Positions 59,798 to 64,000 of a stretch of 64,000 bases of DNA are shown piece after piece. The notes beneath the pieces were generated by a model. It was not told where the DNA came from. It searched no databases and saw only the letters and a list, made by a program, of their open reading frames with translations. Position 1 is the first letter of the stretch. Every line of letters begins with the position of its first letter. Both the position numbers and the translations under genes were made by a program. The DNA is from Cyanophora paradoxa CCMP329 (lineage: Eukaryota; Plantae; Glaucophyta): positions 133,900-197,899 of the forward strand of contig QPMI01000123.1 in the NCBI GenBank assembly GCA_004431415.1. The letters are read 5' to 3'.

Positions 59798-62700
59798 TCA
59801 GAAGGAGCTGCGTCCGACGCCAGAGCGCTCCTCGGCCTGGAGAAAAGGGCGAGTCACAAAAAGCGCCGCTAAGTGTTGGCCGAGGGCGCGGCGCACGTAT
59901 TCGGAGGAGGACGGGGAGGGGGCGCCGGGGGCGCCCCAGCGGAAGGTGAGGAGGCCATGGGCCCGCGCCATGCGCGCGAACGCCTCCTGCGGCGGCCGTG
60001 GGCGGGGTGGGGCGCGGCGGGCCCCCGGCCCCTGTGCGGGGGCGAGCGCACGGGGTCGATGGGGAGGGGCGAGCGGACGCCCGCCGCCGTCGCCGCCGCG
60101 ATCGCCTCCGACAGGCCCTGCGCCCCGCCCGGCTCGGGGGAGGCGGCGCAGCCGCGCGCTGGGCGGGCGGGCGCACGAGCTGGCGGCGGGCGAGGGGCTC
60201 CGGGCCAGGCGGGCCCTCGGCGTCGGAGGGGGCCTGCGAGGACCCCGCCAGCGCCGGCGCCGCCTGCCCGCTGCTCTCACAGTACATCGCCACCAGCTGC
60301 GCGCCGCGTCGGCCCGGGCGAGAGGGCGGGGCGGGGGCGGGGGACCTCGGGGCGGGCGGGCGGGGTCGACGTGGCGGAGGAGCGCGCAGAAGTCCTCCAG
60401 CCGCACCGCACCCTGCCCCGGGCCCCGTCGCCAGGCGCGCGGGCGGCGCGGGGCGGGGCGGCGCGGACGGTGGCGGGGCGGCGTCGAGGGCGGCGTGGAG
60501 GGCGGCGATGCGGCCGTCGGCGGCGCGCTGCTGCGCCAGGAACTCCGCCACGCACGCCTGCCCCGCCCCGCCCCGTCAGCGGCGCAGGGGCGGGAGGGGC
60601 GCCCGCCCCGGCGCGCCTCGAGGAGGGCGTCCACAGAGATGGGCCCAGCGGCGGTGCCGCCGGAGCCGCCCGCCCGGGGTCGGGGCAGGCCGGGGGGCCG
60701 GGGAGGGCCGCGCGGGAGGGGCGGGCGGAGGCCGGCGGCGGCGGCGAGGGCGCGGGCGACGAGGGCGTCGAGGGCGCGGGGCTCGAGGGAGGCGAAGGCG
60801 GCGCGCAGGGCCTCCTCGGCGCGGGCCGGGGCGACGCTGGCCTCCTCGATGGCGGCCTCGAGCTCGCGCGCGCGGGCGCGCTTGTGCTGGGGGCGGGGGC
60901 GGGGCGGACGTGGAGGGCGAGCTGCATGCAGGCGAGGTAGAAGGAGAGGGCCTCCAGCGGCAGCGGCTCGTAGAGGCCCGCGAAGCGCGCCACCATCGCC
61001 GCCCGCGCCCCCGGCCCGGCCCCGGCCCGGCCCCGGCCCCGGCCCCGGCCCCGGCCCGGCGCGGGCGTCCTCGAGGGAGGCGGCGAGCTCGCGGAGGTGC
61101 TGCGCCGCCAGCGCCGCGAGGCCGTACGAGCGCATGAGCGCGTCGATCACGAACTCGGCCATCGGCTTCAGCGGCGCCCCGTCGCGCGCCGCCGCCGCGT
61201 CCGCCTCCATCTTGTCCAGCAGCAGCGAGTTCACCAGCTTCTGCACCACCCGCGGCGGCATCCGCTTCGCCCCGCCCCGCCCCGCCCCCTCCTTCCCCTC
61301 CGCGGCCCGCAGGAAGGCCTCCCACGAGACCGGCAGCTCCACGCCGGCGCCCTCGGTCCCCCGGACGGCCCGCGCGGCACCATCGGCCCCGGCGGCGGCT
61401 CTCCCCCGCCGAGCTCCGCGCCGCGCCGCCCGACATCCCCACCGGCGGCGGCGACGGGCGCGTCCGCGGGGAGGCGGTGGCTGGGGCGGCGGCGGCCGGG
61501 CGAGGGGCGTCGCCGGCTCGGAGGTGGGAGGGGAGGGCGAGGGGGGGCGGGGGCGTGGGAGTGGGCGAGTCGGGCCGTGGGGCGAGAGGGGCGCCACGCG
61601 GGGCTCCATGGAGGGCGGGTGCAGGGCGACGGGGCCCGAGCCCGAGCGCAGCGAGCCCCGCCGGCCCCGCGGCGACGAAGCCGCCTCGCCGGCCCCCGCC
61701 TCGCCGCCCACGCCCGCCGGCGCCTGCAGCTGCATCGAGGCACGCCGCTCGGAGAGGGCCGGCGGGAGGGGCGCCGGCAGGGCCGCCCCGTGCAGGAGGG
61801 GGGCGGCGAGGGGCCGCGGTGCGCGGCGAGGAGGGCGGCAGCGGCAGCAGCAGCAGCGGCGGCCACCTCGGGGCCGGGCCCTGCTCGCCGGCCATCTCGC
61901 CGGGCAGGGAAAGGGCGAGAGCGGCGCGGAAGCCCCGCCCGCCCCGCGAGCGCCCGCTCCCCCCAGACCCTGCCGCGCCGGCCCCGCCGCCTCCGCCCCC
62001 GACGGGGCCGGCGACGGGGCGGCGCCCGGCAGCGGCGTGGCTCCGGTCGCCTCCGGCGGGGGCGCTGGGACTGGTTCTCCAGGCGGAACGAGGGGGGCGA
62101 CAGCGGGAGGCGGTGGCGGGAGGTCCGGGGGCGCGAGGGTGACGGCCGGGGGCGCCTGGAATGGGGAGAGTGCGGGGGGCAGGAGCGGGGTTTGGTCCCC
62201 GGCCCCGGTGCCGCGGCCGGTGCGGGAGGATTCGGAGCGGGAAGAGCCCGGGGCCGGGGCGGCGCCGGGTCCCGCGGGGGAGGGCGGGATCTCGAAGGAG
62301 AGGCGCGGGCTGCGGAGGGGGTCCTCCTGGGGCGTCTCGGCGTCGCGGGGCGTGGGGGCGGCCTCGGAGCCCTCGGGGCGGCGGGAGGAGGAGCGCGGGG
62401 AGAAGGAGGCCTGCGGGGAGAGGCGCTTGCTCGTGTCGCGGAGGCGGCGGCGGAGGGCGACGGAGCGGCCCTCGGCGGCCTGCGACGCCGCCTCGATCAC
62501 CGCCGCCCGCCCCTCCACCTCCCCCCGCACCCGCTCCTCGAACTGCCCCCCGCCCCTCAGCCCCGCCGGCTCGATCGTGGCGGGGCCGGGGGCGCGGGGG
62601 CGGACCTCGGCGTCGAGGGCGGCGCGGCGGGCGGCGAGCTCCTCCTCGAGGGCGCCCCGCCGCTCCTCGAGCTCCCGCGCCTGCTGCGCCCGCTCCCGCT

Positions 62701-64000
62701 CCTGCAGGGCGGCGAGGCGGCGCTGCTGGGCCTCGAAGGCGGCGCGGGCCTCGGCGAGGGCCCGCGCGTCTCCCTGGATGGCGTTGAAGGCCGCCTGGAG
62801 GGCCCGCTCGCGCTCCAGCAGCGCCCCCTCCTTCTCCCCGGCGCGCATCTCGCGCTGCGCGAGGGCCTCCTCGCGGGCCAGCACCTCGACCTCGCGCAGG
62901 CGCAGGCCCCCACCTCCCCGCGTCCGCCCCCCCGCCAGCCGCCCTCCAGCTCCTGCCCCCCCCCGCCCCGCTCGCCCGCGCGAATCGGGGGCGCGGGGGC
63001 GGGGCGGGGCGCACGGCGAGGCGGTCGCGGAGGGCCTTCTCGCGGGCCTCGAAGCCCCGCCGCCGCTCCGCCTCGGCGGCGGCGCGCTCCGCCTCGGCCT
63101 GCCCGGCGGCGGCCTCGCGCCGGGCGTCGGCGAGCAGCTCCTCCAGCGTCCGCTCCGCCGCCACCGACGCCCGCCGGCTCGCCTCCGCCCCCGGCCCCTC
63201 CCGCCCCCCTCCCCGCGCCCCTCCCCGCCGCCGCCGCCGCCTCCTCGGCCGGCTGCTCCTCCTCGCCGTCCTCCCCATCCTCGTCGGGGCGGCCTCCCCC
63301 GCCGCCGGGGCGGCCCGCCCTGCAGCCGGGGGACCCTCTCGGGGCCCGCCGGCACCTCGGGCCGCTCGGAGCGGCCCCCGCATCGCCCTCCGCCGGCAAC
63401 GCCGCCGCCGGGGCCGCCCCCGGAGGCTCCTCGCCCGCAGCGGGCGGACCGACGACCGGAGGCGCCTCGGAGGGGCGGCGGGGGTGCGGCGGGGCCGGAG
63501 CGGCGGCCGGGCGGGGAGGGGCGGGGGCGGGCGGGGCGCGGACGAGGAGGCCGCCGAGCTCCTGGAGGGCGCGCAGGGCGTGCATCGCCGCGCCCCGCCG
63601 CCCCAGCAGCTCCTGCCCCGCCCCCCGCTCCCGTCAGGCCGGGCCGGCCGGGGCGAGGTGGGGCGCGGCGGAGCGCACCGCCTCGGCCTTTCCGAGGGTC
63701 GTCTCGTCGCCCCACTCGTCCCACGCCCCGCCTGCGCCCCGCCCGCTCGCCCGGCGAGGCGCCAAGGTGGGAAGGGCACGTGCGCACGGGCGAGGGCGCC
63801 CTGGGCGCGCGAGGCGGCGCGCTGGCGGCGCGCATGAGCCTGCGCGGAGCGTCAGCGGGGCGGCGGGGCGGGGGAGGGCGGCCGCACTCGGCGTTCTGGG
63901 AGGCGAGGAGATGGACGCGCTGCCGCAGGGCCGCCCCTCGCGCTCCTCGGCCTCGACTGCGGCGCGGGGTGAGGAGCGGGAGGGGCGGGAGGAGGGCGGG
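59798..64000 (-). CDS. Large coiled-coil / Pro-rich protein with helical, EF-hand-like C-terminal region; 5' end beyond window
   Basis: Coiled-coil EEALAQREMRAGEKEGALLERERALQ; KLVNSLLLDKMEAD..MAEFVIDALMRSYGLAALA; GRIAALHAALDA-QGAVRLEDFCALLRHVD; spliceable exons. Confidence 0.6.
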   Translation of the reverse strand, partial: PALLPPLPLLTPRRSRGRGARGAALRQRVHLLASQNAECGRPPPPRRPADAPRRLMRAASAPPRAPRAPSPVRTCPSHLGASPGERAGRRRGVGRVGRRDDPRKGRGGALRRAPPRPGRPGLTGAGGGAGAAGAAGRGDARPARPPGARRPPRPRPARPRPSPPGRRSGPAAPPPPLRGASGRRSARCGRGASGGGPGGGVAGGGRCGGRSERPEVPAGPERVPRLQGGPPRRRGRPPRRGWGGRRGGAAGRGGGGGGGEGRGEGGGRGRGRRRAGGRRWRRSGRWRSCSPTPGARPPPGRPRRSAPPPRRSGGGASRPARRPSATASPCAPPRPRAPDSRGRAGRGGAGAGGRLAGGRTRGGGGLRLREVEVLAREEALAQREMRAGEKEGALLERERALQAAFNAIQGDARALAEARAAFEAQQRRLAALQERERAQQARELEERRGALEEELAARRAALDAEVRPRAPGPATIEPAGLRGGGQFEERVRGEVEGRAAVIEAASQAAEGRSVALRRRLRDTSKRLSPQASFSPRSSSRRPEGSEAAPTPRDAETPQEDPLRSPRLSFEIPPSPAGPGAAPAPGSSRSESSRTGRGTGAGDQTPLLPPALSPFQAPPAVTLAPPDLPPPPPAVAPLVPPGEPVPAPPPEATGATPLPGAAPSPAPSGAEAAGPARQGLGGAGARGAGGASAPLSPFPCPARWPASRARPRGGRRCCCCRCRPPRRAPRPLAAPLLHGAALPAPLPPALSERRASMQLQAPAGVGGEAGAGEAASSPRGRRGSLRSGSGPVALHPPSMEPRVAPLSPHGPTRPLPRPRPPSPSPPTSEPATPLARPPPPQPPPPRGRARRRRRWGCRAARRGARRGRAAAGADGAARAVRGTEGAGVELPVSWEAFLRAAEGKEGAGRGGAKRMPPRVVQKLVNSLLLDKMEADAAAARDGAPLKPMAEFVIDALMRSYGLAALAAQHLRELAASLEDARAGPGPGPGPGPGRGRAGGAGGDGGALRGPLRAAAAGGPLLLPRLHAARPPRPPRPRPQHKRARARELEAAIEEASVAPARAEEALRAAFASLEPRALDALVARALAAAAGLRPPLPRGPPRPPGLPRPRAGGSGGTAAGPISVDALLEARRGGRPSRPCAADGAGRGRRAWRSSWRSSAPPTAASPPSTPPSTPPRHRPRRPAPRRPRAWRRGPGQGAVRLEDFCALLRHVDPARPPRGPPPPPRPLARADAARSWWRCTVRAAGRRRRRWRGPRRPPPTPRARLARSPSPAASSCARPPSARLRRLPRAGRGAGPVGGDRGGDGGGRPLAPPHRPRALAPAQGPGARRAPPRPRPPQEAFARMARAHGLLTFRWGAPGAPSPSSSEYVRRALGQHLAALFVTRPFLQAEERSGVGRSSF

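Overview
This is eukaryotic nuclear DNA, very GC-rich and gene-dense. It holds about 20 genes split by many short (roughly 50-100 nt) introns, many with GC rather than GT donors, so most long ORFs in the supplied track are intron read-through or antisense artefacts. The gene set points to a glaucophyte alga (Cyanophora-like; inference): an intron-containing peptidoglycan enzyme (DacB/PBP4), Phe-leading plastid transit peptides, an LCIB-family protein, and ciliary WDR17. Genes in order: ethylene-receptor-like hybrid histidine kinase (5' part outside the window); an unrecognised protein built from cationic amphipathic micro-exons plus an acidic repeat tail; F-box protein; AUR1-like IPC synthase; WDR17; CMC2; CUE plus CEP164-type WW protein; LSM4; Pro-rich CUB protein; Trk/HKT cation transporter; PDZ protein; LCIB-like; NCL-type Ca2+ exchanger; DacB; a hypothetical gene; UPF0538; UMP synthase; divergent ferredoxin; CLU1; and a large coiled-coil protein running off the end. 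Two complete DNA transposons are present. A 5.4-kb CACTA element (28404-33794, 3-bp TSD) sits inside the first pore-loop codons of the Trk gene. A 4.2-kb non-coding element with ~295-bp TIRs and a CTA TSD spans 49694-53900. All gene models were spliced by eye and family calls come from remembered motifs, not database searches.
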